Notes: generated by a model not told the origin, from the sequence alone. DNA of 64,000 bases from Geosiphon pyriformis uo1 (GCA_016748015.1 JAAOMT010000741.1:62001-126000), one strand, 5' to 3'; positions 40,481 through 54,020 are shown, numbered from the stretch's first letter. A program made the numbers and translations.

Positions 40481-40639
40481 ATTTTAATAAAATTTAAAAT
40501 TTTTTTAAATAATTAACTTTTAATAAACTATTAAGATTATTAATATTTTATTTAAATTTTTGCATAATTTTTACTTTAAATTAAATATTAAAAATAATAT
40601 AAAATTTTTTTATATAAAAATTGTATTTTAAATATTATG

Positions 40640-43600
40640 TCAGCAGTTTTCTAGCCTAGCCTTAGATATTAACTGCCAATGACTCTTCTATTACAGAATC
40701 AAGTGGATAATATAATAATAGAAAAAAATTTGTGTAAAGTTATTAATGATAAGACTACCATAATTTTGGGTCCATCTGTCTTTTCTGAGGTTGTTAAATT
40801 GGAAAATATGTTAAAAAGTCTTTTTGTGTCAGTACTAAGTTTGTTAGTTCATTTTAATAGTTTGGTTTTGGCTGGTAATATGCTTCTTCAACTCTTTTTC
40901 AATAAGTAGCCTAATATGAAAGATTGTTATGTGCAATATTAAAAGCATAAACAATTCTGTTAAGCAAGAAAATATTGTCTATTGATATAAAAAAATGAAC
41001 AATTTGGTTTTTATTGTTACTAAAATAAAATTGAAAAATAAAGTTCATCTATGGATTGTGAATAAATTTAATGGTGTTTAGATATTTATTTCCAGTTTAG
41101 AGTTTGGTTATTTGGATTCTGATATAGCAGTTATAATAGATATTGATTTGGTAAAACATATATGTAAGATTTCAAAAGTTGCTGGTAAGCTCTTGTCTAT
41201 TAAACTGCTTTTCAAGAATAAGTTATCTGTTTTGATTTTAGAGCTATACACTAATACTGTACTAGTTATGTGTTTGTTTCAAGCTGGTAAGATCAACTTT
41301 TTAATTGTAAAAGCCATGAATAAATCTTCTTTTATTGTCTTAGATAGGGACTTTAATAAAGACAGATTATACAAGTGTGCTAATTTTAAAAAATATTTCA
41401 ATTTGGGTTTGGTCAACTTTTTGTTAAATAGTTCAGTTGTAAAAAATTATATTGAAATAACTTAAGAGGTGCTAAAAAAACAATTAATTATGTGTTTGTT
41501 TCTTCAAATTTGGTTAATATAATAGTGTATTGTGATGTTTTGAATGTTAGTGGGCACTTTAATACTGATTACTGAGCTGTTTTTGTGTCCATAAGTTTGG
41601 GTGAATTGTTGAATAGACAATTATACTCTTTTTATAAACAAGTAAATAGAAATTATTGAAAGTTTAATTTTAAGGATGCTAATAATGTCAAATAAGCCAA
41701 GTTTAAGAAAGCTATAATGATAAATACTGCTATGTTTTCTGATAAATTTATTGTGTCAAAGAAATTCTCAGACTTGGACATAATATAAAATGCTATTTAC
41801 AAAACAATATATTTATTGGCCAATGAGATTTTAAAAAAAAAATAGTTTAAGAACTATAATAGTGTTTTCACTAAGAAATTATTTAGATTTTACTGACTGA
41901 AACTTTTGGTGTTTAAGATTGTTAAGGTCTTTTATTTGGCTTTTCATGATAAGTTTACATTATTGCTGATTACATAAGACAATTTTAATATTGTTAATGC
42001 TTCTGTAGTAAATTTTTTCTTTGGGTTCTCATTTTAATGCTATTAGATTATTTTTGGCTAGAATTAAGAAGTCATATTGCTTTTCTAAGTTGTTAAAATT
42101 GGAATGTACTAAAAAATCTCAAATCAGATTAGTAATTGATAAAAAGATGAAAGATTTTGAAGTAAACAAGGATCATACTATCAGAAATATGTTAAAGCAC
42201 CTCTTTTTCAAAGTTGTATTGGACTATCTAATCATTGGTAATAAACTAATTCTGAAGCCTAATCTGGTCAAGTCCAAAGTGGATATAATTATAGAGGGCT
42301 AAACTAGAAAGCATGAAGTGGTTATAGACTTTTTTAGTGATTGGTCTCATTAGTATTAACCATTGGAATACATTTTTGATGATGTTTTCTCAAATGTGAT
42401 GAGTTTAATTGGTTTTGATGAATTGTCCAATGTGGTTTCTAATCTGTCTAATAGCAAAGCTGCTGGTTTTTTTGGTATCTTGAATGAGCTTTGGAAACAT
42501 TATAACAGATCAGTTTTGAATATGCTTTTGGTGCTTTTGAATTTTTGTTTGTCTCTTAAATTAGTGTCTAATGCTTAGAAAAAAGCTTGGGTTTCAATAA
42601 TTCTTAAACTATATAAGTGGGAAGGTGTTCTTATAAACACTTAACCTATTACTTTGATTAAAACTGCTCATAAAATACTCTTCAAAATTTTTTCTAACAG
42701 GATTTTTTAGCATACAGCACTTTTAATATTCTTTATGGAGACAATTTTCAGCTTTAAAGAATACAACAATACAATCTCCTATTTTTGCCATTGGTTTAGC
42801 AATTGAAAATGCTTTAAAAAAAACCATAAACTCTGGCTAATTTTGCAAAACATGCAGAAGACTTATGATTCTGTTGGATGAGAACATTTAAGGAAGAGCT
42901 TGGTCAAAATAAAATGTGTGGCAAGTTTATTAGATTTTTTGGTGGTATTTACAATAATCATGTTAATAGAGTTATGACTAACTTCAGATTGACAAATAGA
43001 TACTGAATACATGATAGTTTGGATCAGAGTGAGGTGTTTTCACTTTTTCTTTGGCACATATTTTATAATTTTTTTCTGTGCAAAGTTAAGAGACAAAAAA
43101 GTGTATGCAAGTATAAATTGAATTCTTATTTTGTTTCCAAAAATGGTCATGCAGAATTTCGAGCTGGGTTGACATTTTTTCTTGTTGCTAGTGTTTTTGT
43201 TGATAATATTATTTGGATTGGCAACAGACAAACTGCTACTTAACATATTCTTAATATTGCTAGTGAATTTTTTCAGATCAATAACATTTCAATTGATAAT
43301 AACAAAACAGTAGTTATTCTTATTAATTGCAAAGTTGAATGTTCTTTTTTATTGATTAGTGGTTTGCCTATTTTCATTACCAAAAAGGGAGAATCTCATT
43401 GCTATTTGGGTATCTTTTTGTTTACTGAGAGTTTGTCAAAGTCTAGCTTGGCTAAACCACATTCAGATATCTGGTTTTTTGCTAATCTTGTTTTAAGGAA
43501 GGCTATTTCTAATAAGCAGTTTTTGTATTTAGTGTTGGTGGTTTTTTATCCTATAGTTAGTTACTGAATGCAGTTCAGTTTTGTTCTTATTGGTGTATAT

Positions 43601-45725
43601 AATAAATGAGATGCTTTAATTCATAAGAACTTAAAGTTAAAGTTTGATCTGTATCTCAATTTCTCCAACAATGTGCTTTATTACTCTTCTTTGTATGTTT
43701 TAAAAACTTTTAAGCAAGTTTAGACTGAGAACAAATTGGCTTTTATTGTATGTTTTGTGAACTTTGTTGGAATTTTGGGTTGTTTGTTTTCACACAAATC
43801 TCATAATTTGCAAGTTTTGTCTTGGTGTCCAAATTACCTGTTGATTTCTCCAGCTTATATTAGGATCAGTGCTTCTAATAACTTTTTGGCAGGTGTGGTT
43901 TATATTTTTTTTGAATGCAATTTGTTTTTGAATAGTCATGTGAATAATTCTTTTTATCTTTGTAATAGAACTTTTATGTTGACTGTTCTTAACAAGTCTA
44001 AATTTTTTAAGTTTTTTTTTTTACTTTAGTAATATAATATTGCTTTTGTGGACCAGCTTTGCAATAAAAATGGTGCTATTTTTAATTGGAAAACCTTTAA
44101 GCATTGGAAAAGACTGGACTCATGTGGCTCTGTTTCTGACTGGTCTAAGTTTTCTGTTAATTTTCTTAGTGGCATGGTTTTATCTTCTATATGTTTTTCT
44201 TTTTTAGAGATTTTAAAACTCATGAATGTTCTTAAATCTTATAAGTTCAAAGTGGCTTGCAATTATTTGTTGAATGTTAATACTGGTGGTATTTCTGTTT
44301 ACATAAGTGAGTTTTTAAAGGACTTGGAAAATTTTTTTATAAAGGCTAGTATAATGGCTTTTTTTGAGGATATTAACTTGGGTTTGGATGTTAGAGTTTT
44401 TGGCTTGATATCTTTTACTTTAATAGAGTTATAGGCTATAGTATTGGCTCTTAAGTGTATTTTGTTTTATAATTCAGTTCATTTTTTTACAGACAGTCAG
44501 ACTGCTTTGGATATATGCAAATTGGAATTGAGTATAATGCATTTGGATTTTTGAAATTAGTATTGGGTTAAGCATCAGCATATTGCAAATATTATTTATG
44601 ACAAAAATTTAGATGTCAATTGGCACAAGATAAAAGATTACTCAGGTGTTTTGGGTAATAAATATGCCAATGCACTTGTTGATACTGTTTCTTTTTCTTT
44701 TTGGTATCTTCTTCTTTGGTTGAAAGAATATTATATTGTGGCAGAAAGTGGTGTTGTTTCAGATAATTCTAGATATTTTGTTTATGATATTTTTTGGTTT
44801 GTTCATTATGTATATTGAAAAGTTGGTTCTAATTCTAAGGTTTTATTTAGTAATTTGCTTTTGAATTTTAATTGGCTTGGTTTTTCTATGATATAGCATC
44901 CTGATTTGCACATGGCTGCTGATTTTACTAATAAAACTACTGTTAATACTCACATGTATTTTATGAAAGCTTTGCATTATCAGCTGCCTATAGTTGTTTA
45001 GAAGTGCCTGTATTATAAGCATTATTCCAGTGTATTATGCTTGTATTGTGGTAATATTGAGGTCTCAGATCATGTTTTTTTGTGTGTAATTAACAATTTT
45101 GTTTGCCATTAGTTATTAGATGCCTATATTGTTGCTTAAAAGGTATTTCCTGGTTGTTTTTGTTTTTTTTTTATGTGTCTTAGTTGATATCTTCCTGTGC
45201 TTCCAATATTGAAATATGTATAGTACTTTGTAAGAGTTTTATCTTTAATGAGTGGTTTCGAAAAACTGTCTCTGTCTTTGGAAACTCAAAAATTGCACAT
45301 TAAACAATTGTGAACTTTATGCATAATTTCTGTTTTGCTTTTAAAAAGAAGATTTTGTTAGTTTATATTAGATATTATGCTTTTATAGAAAAGAATAGAA
45401 GGATACTACAGGATAGTTTGGCCTCTGTTTTAGTTTCTGGAATGTTTTCAGTGCTTTTTGATAATGTGATCAAATTGCTTGATATTGCTGAGACAGTTGG
45501 TGTTAGTTTTGGATTATATAAGTCTTGTTTATTTTTCTCAGGCATTGGGAATTTAGTCTCAGTTTATATAAATGCTTAGTGTTATCCTAACCAGCTTGAG
45601 TGACTGGTCACATGTAGAAAAAGCATAATTCACATCTAGTTTAGATTAGTTATATGATGTATTATACTAGATAGTATTTGGATTTCATTTATTAAATATT
45701 AAAAAAAAATAAAAAAATAAAAAAA
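40640..45725 (+). mobile_element. 5'-truncated decayed LINE D (ORF1 C-terminus, ORF2 APE-RT-RNaseH-Zn finger, 3' UTR, poly(A))
   Basis: APE fragments 40905-41600, RT 42360-43450 (KAAG, ASVFVDN), RNase H ~44280-44690, CLYCG..DHVFLC at ~45035-45085, ORF end 45579, A-tail 45701-45725. Confidence 0.88.
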
Positions 45726-47244
45726 TATTATTATATAAATTTATTAAATTATTTTTTTTACTATTTTTAAAATTGTAAAGCTTTTTATAATATTTGGTTT
45801 CAGTTTTGTTTTTATTATTGTTATTTTTTATAATATTTTTTTAAAAACTATAATAAATAATATTAAGTATTTTTGGTAAAATTTTTGATATTACATTAAA
45901 ATTTACTAAACAATAATAATATAATGTTATTTATTTTAAGTTTTATATACTTTTTAATATTGTTTTAAAAAAAACAATATTAAAATTTTTTTTATTAAAT
46001 TAAAAATTAATAAATCTTTTTTTAATTATATTGTTTTTAAAATTAACAAATTGGTTTTTTAAATATATAATTATATTTGTTTTATTTTTAATATTTTAAA
46101 AAAAATTTATATTTGATAAGATATTTTTGGTAATTAATATTATCTTAAATATTATTATTAAACAAAAAATAAACATAAAATTTTTTTATAATTATTATTA
46201 ATTAATATATATTATTATATTTTATTTTATTTATTATTTAACCAAATTATTAATTTAATTAATAATTTAATTTGTATAAATTCACAAATATAATTAATAT
46301 AATAATTAAATTATATAATATTCTAAACTTTATAATATTTAAAAATTTGTTAAAATGTTTAAAAAATTTAAAATAATTATTAATTTGCCAAAATATATAG
46401 TTAATTTTAAAAAGTTGTAAAATATTAACAATAAAACTTAAAATATTAAAATTAAAAATATATATATATATTTTTTAAAAAAATATTAATCTTTTAATTA
46501 ATTATTTTTTTATTATTATGTTTTAATAAAGTATAATTCAATTACTAATTATAATATATAATTTAATAATTTTACAAGTAATTATAATTTACATATTTTT
46601 TATATATAACTAATTATTTAAATTAATTAAGACTAAATTATTTTAAACAAATATTTTTTACATAAAAACAATTAAAATATGATTATTATTAATTATTTTA
46701 CTTATTTATTTGGCAGTATTATTTATATTAAACTTAATTTTAAAAGTTTAAAACTTTTAAAAAATTATTATTTAAATAAAAACTTTTCTATTAGAAAAAT
46801 TTATATTTTTATTATTTTTAATATTAATTTTTGTCTTTAATATATCACATTTTATATACAACTTAATTATTTTATTTTTAAAAATATTAATTAACTTTTT
46901 AATTATAACATATTTACTTTTTAATTTAATATATAAAACAAAAAAATATTAAATAATTTAATAATTAAAATAATTTAACTATTAAAATCAAAACAATTAG
47001 CAAAAATTTCAAAAAAGCCAATTTAAAATTATTTATAAAATTTATAACAGTAGTAATAATAAAAATAACCAAAAATACAATATTAAAAAAAGATTAATAA
47101 AACAAAAATTTTAATATAAAATTTAGTATTAATAAAACATAATTTAAAATTTTTAAAATTAAATACAAATTTAAATAAAAACTTAAAAAAAAACAAAGAT
47201 ATTTTATAATTTACAATTAAATAATTTAAATATTAGTGTAACAA

Positions 47245-50200
47245 AAAAAACTTCTTTCTCTCTTACTTTTAAAAATCTTCAAAAAAGCACTTTTCTAAAA
47301 AAGAAGTTTTTTATTTTTTCTTGTTAGTATTTCACAATTTTTCTTTCTAATAACCCATTTTTCATAGATCTAGAGGCTGCTTCTAGTAGCAACATGTCTA
47401 AAAAGAGGGCATCAAAGAGTGTTTTTCATGGTCCTGCTGGTGGCTCCTTTTTACAGAAGAAGAAAGTTGTGCTTGGGAATGTCAAACACTTAGGTGATGA
47501 AAAGAATATCTCTTTGGACAAGTTTGAGCTTGGTAACAGTGTGTTCTCTGATGTGGATAGTGTGTTTGGTAATGAGGAAAGTGCTAAAATAACTGGCATT
47601 AATGTTGGGTCTCTTCTGGATTTAGCTGCCAACATTTCTAAAGCCAAGCATATTAATACTGATGCCATTTTTGGTTTACCTCTTGAATCTCCTAATTTTG
47701 TCATGGATAATGATGAAGATGTCTCTCTTTCTCCTTACCTTTTAATCTTTCTGAAAAAAAAATGGATTGACCTAAAAATTATTAAGACTCAGGTTGAGGT
47801 GTCTGCCAAAAAATCTTTTGCTCTTAATATCAATTTTAGTGCTGTGGAAGGAAAATCAGCAACAGCAAAAACCCAGTTAATTAGAAAAATTTTTTTATTA
47901 GTCAATGGTTTTGGGGGGGCCACTACCCCCTCAAAATTTGAAGGGATCATCTGATCTACTTTCACTTTAGAAAAAAGCATGGAAATAGCCACATCATTGG
48001 CCAGAGAAAAAGGGATTAACATAAACAGCAATCTCAAGAGACAAAGAGTTAATTCAGATCAGGCTGTGGTCATCAAAGAGATTCTCATGGATACACCAAA
48101 GAAAATGATCATCACTGCACTAGCCGAGTTTAGTGAAATTAAGTTGATCAAGATTCAATTAATTGGAATGTGGCAAAAAAACTGTGGTAGAGTTTGCTGA
48201 ATTGGACCAAACTGACTTGTTAGCCTCTAAGTAATCATTTATAATTGGTAAAAATTCTGTGTACTGTTACAGTTGATTATTTGGGGTCTCAGATCAAATA
48301 TCAAACCCGTAACTTGGTGCTCAAAACTACTCGTATTATTGATAATATCTTTAAGTGGTTGGTATCTAAAGATTTTCCAAATGAGTCCTTTGTATAATAA
48401 ACAGAGATTCAATAGTTGTTTTATTTGTAGCTTCCCAAACTTGCAAGTCTGTCAATTTTTTTCTCGGCTTGGTGGCTGGCAATCCTCTGGTAAGTAATTT
48501 GTATTCTCTGTATATGTTCTACCCACTTGCAGGGGTCTTTTACCAGGCAATTCTTGACATCAGTAATTAGCACTTTTAATCAATTGGTTAGTGCACAATA
48601 ACAAAATCACAGAAAATAAAGAAATATAAAGAAATAAGCCAAGGCAATTGGTAGATTAGTATCTTGTCAATAGCCGTGATCAAGAGCTATTGTTTCAGTG
48701 AGGTTAAGTACGGATTATTATCAACATGAGATGTTAATAATAGAAAGAGTTTTTGTAGTATAGAATAATTATTTATTGGATGATTGTGTTTTTAGACTAA
48801 GGATTCTGTGGTATCGATTTTGTCTTTTCTGCTTTTAACACTACTGTTATATATACATATTTGAGATTCCTCAATTCTTCAATTCCTTGTGACAGGAATT
48901 CTGCAATTCCTGGAATCCTGCAATTCCTTTAAGAGAAATTCTGGAATTCTGGAATCCTGCAATTCCTCATATGAGAATTCTGAAATTCCTGGAATCCTGC
49001 AATTCCTCTGAGAGGAATCCTGGAATTCCATATTTACTATGTCTACCTCTGATTGGCTAATTTATATGCTAATATACTTCTTATATTCTATGAGTAACAG
49101 TGTATAGTCAAAGCAGTGAGAGACCATAAGACTTAGACATTAAGGGATTAGTTCAGAGCACTTTTGTTTACTTTGCCGGTAAAAATGACAGCACATGATC
49201 TTGGAAATCTTCTGGAAAAAGCTGGTGGGAAAACTTGCATCATAAACAGATTACTAGAAACTGGTAATAGAATTTGCTGTGCAATAGTTGGTTTTGAATA
49301 TGATGATGATCTGGAATCTGCCTTTTATACGGAGCTGATTCTTGGTAGTGTTAAACTTTTTTGGGCAAGAATGGATTTGGTTTGATGTAAGAGATGTGAA
49401 AAAGTTGGCCATTTTGCTTTGGAGTGTGATGCACCAATTGTGTCTATTTCTAGGCCTTCAAAAACATTTAAGAGGGTTGCATTTAATGAACATTATCTTT
49501 AGTTGACAAGGTTGTATGAAAAAAAAAGTGTTCTAATATCTCGTCCTACTGTCTTTGATGACAAATCCTGGGCCCAAGTGGTCTTGCCTGTTGGTTCCTC
49601 TGATAGTTTTTATTTTGCTTCTGGTTCTGGTTTCTCTTTCTCTAGCAACTCAGATTTGAATGATGGTCTTCCTCCAGTCTCAGTTGACAATTCATCTCTG
49701 AATGCTCATTTGGGCTCTTTGGAACAATCTTTAGAGTTATTAGCTAACCAAGTGTCTGGTATTCTGTGCAAACTCAGCAAAATGGAATTGGTACAATGAG
49801 CTCCATCTCCTTCCTCTAAGGTTTCAGCTACCTTGGTTGCTGCTGAAGGAAATTCAGCTTTAGATATGGTTGTGGATGGTTCGGAGGTAGTGCTCTCACC
49901 CCCTTTTTCTATCTTCTCTAGCATTTCAGCCTTGAGTTAGAGTAGTTCAAGAATCTTAATGACCAAGATTGGCAGTTTAGAATCCAAGTTGGTAGCTCTT
50001 AAGGCTTTTGTAGGTTCAGTTTTGACAAAATTAGATCATTTGTGTGCGAATTTGGGTCTTTTACTATTCTTTTCATTCCAATGAGTGGTTTGATATAGAA
50101 GATAGCTATGTGTAATGTTTGGAACATCAATGTTCCTGCCAAACAGGATGATGTTATTCATTGGCACAAAGAATCAGTTAATATGGTGTCTATAGTAATG

Positions 50201-50316
50201 AAGACAAAATTAAAGCCCAGCATTAGGCCATGAATTATGAACAAGTTTGAAGGTGTATGCATTTTTACATCTGGTCTGAACAGTGGGTTTCTTAGAACTG
50301 ATGTGGCATTAATTAT
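47245..50316 (+). mobile_element. LINE E 5' part (leader, ORF1 47394-50084, start of ORF2 APE), interrupted by a solo LTR and by Gypsy element F
   Basis: ORF1 MSKKRASKSVFHGPAGG..., CCHC knuckle CKRCEKVGHFALEC at ~49386-49430, ORF2 ATG 50081 (MSGLI.KIAMCNV). Homologous to LINE B. Confidence 0.88.
48265..49099 (-). repeat. Solo LTR (835 bp, GGAATTCC-array subtype) in LINE E ORF1
   Basis: TGTTAC...GTAACA; TSD GTAC/GTGT (from GTGC); LINE ORF1 resumes afterwards. Confidence 0.9.
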
Positions 50317-51180
50317 TGTTACAGATAACTATGTTGGATTAGATAACAAATCTGTAACTTGGTGCTCAAATCTAGTTGCAGTTGATAGTGATCTGAAGAT
50401 TTGTGTCTGAAAGATTTGTATCCAAAGGGTTTGGTTGAGTTTTTTGTATAATAGACAGAGATTCAATGGTAATAGTTTTATCTGTAGTTTCTCGAAACTG
50501 CAGTTTTGTCAATTTCTTTCTTAGCTTGATGGCTGGTATTCCTCTTGGTAAACTATCCTCAATTGAGTGTTCTACCCTTATTTCTGGGTCTTTTACCAGT
50601 CACATTTATTCTGACATCAGTACCTTGCACGTTAATCCTCAATAGAATTAATAAACAACAATAAAATCAAAGCAAAAAATAAAGAAAAGAAAAGAAAATA
50701 AAGAAAGAAAAGAAATAAGTCAAGGCAATTTGCAAGTTAGTATTCCATCAATAGCCATGATTAAGAGCTATTGTTCCAGTATGGTTAAGTATCAATTACT
50801 ATCAACATGAAGTGTTGATAATGGCAGCAGGTTTAAGATAACAAACAGTTATTTATTTGTGGTTTGGAAAGTTGTCTAGATGAAATTTAAACTGAGAGGT
50901 CTGTCTTTTTAGCTTCTAATCTTACTGCTATATATATATAATTGAGATTCCTCAATTCTTCAATTTTTCACAACAGGAATTCTGAGATTCCTGGAATCCT
51001 ACAATTTTTTTAAAAGGAATTCTGGAATTCTGGAATCCTGCGATTTCTTGTGAGAATTCTGGAATTCCTGGAATCCTGCAATTCCTGAGAGAAATCCTGG
51101 AATTCCACATTTTACTACGTCTACTTCTGATTGGCTAATAACTATGCTAATATATATTCTCTATATTTTTATGAGTAATA
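50317..51180 (-). repeat. 3' LTR of element F
   Basis: TGTTAC...GTAATA, followed on the plus strand by the PPT complement TTATTCCCTCCTTTTAA. Confidence 0.9.
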
Positions 51181-51502
51181 TTATTCCCTCCTTTTAATAT
51201 TAAGCTCTGTTGAAATCTAACTCTGTTAATTCTCTTTTTTGAAGTATTTCTTGAATTTCATTTTTGAGAATTACTTGTGTTATTTAAGTCTGTAATTTTT
51301 CAAATTGAGTGTTGGTAATCTTTCCTAATTGATTACTGGTAACCGTGTCCATTGCTTTGTTGAGTAAAATTTCTGGTCAATCTTGAAATACTGTGTATAT
51401 TCGGTATATGGCTCGGGCCTGTATGGATAAGTTGTTCTTTTCCACAAAATGTTCTAATTGTTGTAATATTCTGGTATCAAATAATCGCTTTGTTTTATCC
51501 GT

Positions 51503-52297
51503 TGTTACTCATAGAAATATAGAGAATATATATTAGCATAGTTATTAGCCAATCAGAAGTAGATGTAGTAAAATGTGGAATTCCAGAATTCCTCAGAGGA
51601 ATTACAGGATTCCAAGAATTCCAAGAATTCCAGGATTCCTGTCATGAAGAATCAAGGAATTGAGGAATCTCAATTATGTATATATAGTGAGAATGTTAGA
51701 AGCAGAAAAAACAGACTTTTCAGTTTAGATTTGATCTAGACAACTTTCCAAACCACAATAAAATAACTATTTGTTATTTTAATTTATTTCTACTGTTAAC
51801 ACTTCATGTTGATAGTCTTTGATACTTAACTACACTTAAACAATAGCTCTTGATCATGGCTATTAATGGGATACTAACTTGTAATTGTATTTCAGCCAAA
51901 TTTCATTTTCTCTTTATTTCTTTTATTTTATTTTCTTTTCTCTTCTGTTTTGTTTGATTTTATTGTTGTGCACTAATTGATTAAAGAAAGTGCTAGATTA
52001 TTGATGTCAAAGATTGCCTGGTAAAAGACTCCTGTGAGAGGGTAAGACACATACAGTAGATACGGAATACTTACCAGAGGATTGCTGGCCACCAAGCCGA
52101 GAGAAAAATTGACAAAACTGCAGTTTTGGGAAGCTACGAATAAAACTATTACCATTGAATCTCTGTTCATTATACAAAGAACTCAACCAAAACCTTTAGA
52201 TACAAAACCTTCAGGTCATCAACAATGAGAATAACTTTTGAGCACCAAGTTACAGGTTTGTTATTTGATTTAAGACCCCAAGTAATTACTTGTAACA
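51503..52297 (+). repeat. Solo LTR (795 bp) in opposite orientation inside ORF-X of element F
   Basis: TGTTACTCATAG...TGTAACA; TSD CCGT/CTGT; CCAAT ~51549, TATA ~51679, AATAAA ~51757. Confidence 0.92.
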
Positions 52298-52451
52298 CTG
52301 TATATAGATTCTGGATATTCACATGTTGTCCCAAGTAAAAATAACAATAGTTTCTTGGAAATTATTGTATCCACCAATTCCAAGTTTTTTTAGTTAACTT
52401 TTGGTATAGTGACTCTTTTGTCGACTCTTTTATTGCTAATTTTACTTTTAC

Positions 52452-53377
52452 TGTTACAGGTAGTGTCTTAAGGATTCTGAGTGAATAACAACCCATAACT
52501 TGGTGCTTAAAGCAATTAGTGTGAATGATAATCTGAAGGTGTTTTATCTGAAGGTTTTTCAATTGAGTTCTTTGTATAATGGACAGAGATTCAATGGTAA
52601 CAGTTTATCAGTAGTTTCTTGAAATCATAGTTTTGTTGATTGCTTACTCAGCTTGATGGTTGATGATTCTCCTGGTACAATATTCTCCGTAAGTGTATAC
52701 CAGTGCTGTTTTCTAACATCAGTTTCTCCGTAAGTCTTCTAAGAGTAAGTATTGTTAAGCAAGTTTATTCCTTTGTAAGTCCTCCAAGAGTAAGTAATTT
52801 TTAAGTAAGTTTTATTCCTCTGTAAGTCCTCCAAGAGTAAATCCTTTAATCAAGTTAGTAGACAACAAATAAAATAAAGAAAGATAAAAGAGAAAATAAG
52901 AAATAAGCCAAGGTGATTTGCAAGTTAGTATCCTGTCAATAGCCATGATTAAGAGCTATTGTTCCAGTATAGTTAAGTATTAGTTACTATCAACATAAAG
53001 TGTTAATAGTGAAGAATAAATTTGATATAGTGAATAATTATTTATTTGAGGATTGTGATAACTAGGCTAGGAATTCTTGATGTTAATTCTGTCTTTTCTG
53101 CTTCCAACACTACTGCTATATATACATATTTGAGATTTCTCAATTTCTCAATTCTTTGTGACAGGAATTCTGGAATTCCTGAAATCCTGTAATTCTTGAT
53201 AAAAAGAATCCTGGAATTCTGGAATCCTGTGATTTCTTGTTGGAGAATTCTGAAATTCCTGGAATTCTGCAATTCCTCTGAGAAGAATCTTGGAATTTCA
53301 CCTTTACTATGTCTACATCTGATTGGCTAATATCTATTGACTAATACTACTATATTTTCTATATTCTATGAGTAACA
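52452..53377 (-). repeat. 3' LTR of element G
   Basis: TGTTAC...GTAACA; direct repeat of 61693-62618; contains a ~46-bp x3 repeat (52730-52840) and a GGAATTCC array. Confidence 0.93.
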
Positions 53378-53390
53378 TTATTCTCTTCTT

Positions 53391-54020
53391 TTAATATTGA
53401 GCTCCATTAAAATCTAATTCTTTTAATTCCCTTTCTTGAATTATTTCTTGAACTTTTTTTTTGAGTATTACTTGTATTATTTTAGTTTGTAGTTCTTCGA
53501 ATTGAACATTGATTATTTTTCCCAATTGATTACTTGTAACTGTATCCATTGCTGTGTTGAGTAAGATTTCTGGTTGGTCTTGAAATCCTATATATAGCCG
53601 GTAAATGGCTTAAGCTTGTGTGATTAGATTGTTCTTTCCCATAAATTGTTCTAGTTGTTTCAGTATTGTTGTGTTGAATAACTGTTTTGTTTTGTCGGTG
53701 TACAAATTCTGGATATTTACATGTTGTCCCAAGTGGAAATGACAATAGTTTTTCGAAAATTGTTGTATCCATCAAGTCCAAGTTTCTCTGGTAAGTTCTT
53801 GGTGTAATCTGACTATTTGTTGTTCTTTTATGGCCAATTTTATCTTGGTCATAATCTTGTCAACAACATTTTCAAGTCTTTTCTGTGCTTTGTTTTGTGA
53901 TATCTTTGCCATGTTTTTGTAACAAATGGTTTGTTGATTGATTGTAATTTCTATCTCCTGGTGTTGGATTAATTGAAAAATTTGTTGGGCTAGTGAATGG
54001 ATATTGTCCATAATTTCTAT
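53391..54020 (-). pseudogene. Extra 3' ORF-X of element G
   Basis: ORF pieces 53772-54077 and 53530-53781; (M)EIMDNIHSLAQQ...ELDFNGA; start codon ATG>ATA relative to elements C and F. Confidence 0.7.

Noticed and set aside
47323-47367. Apparent small intron (GTTAGT...CTAAT...TAG) in the LINE 5' leader
   Set aside because: The acceptor TAG is more simply a G>A-mutated ATG GAT (MDLEAAS...), and an RNA-mobilised element should lose a spliced intron.
48860-49030. Heat-shock elements in the GGAATTCC LTR array
   Set aside because: Only isolated TTCnnGAA pairs occur; the spacing does not give three contiguous alternating nGAAn units.
53042-53272. Small ORFs in LTRs and antisense ORFs across TEs (e.g. 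2550-2777, 51973-52170, 62287-62571, 22444-22656)
   Set aside because: Frames are not conserved between LTR copies, or they are antisense shadows of TE coding sequence.
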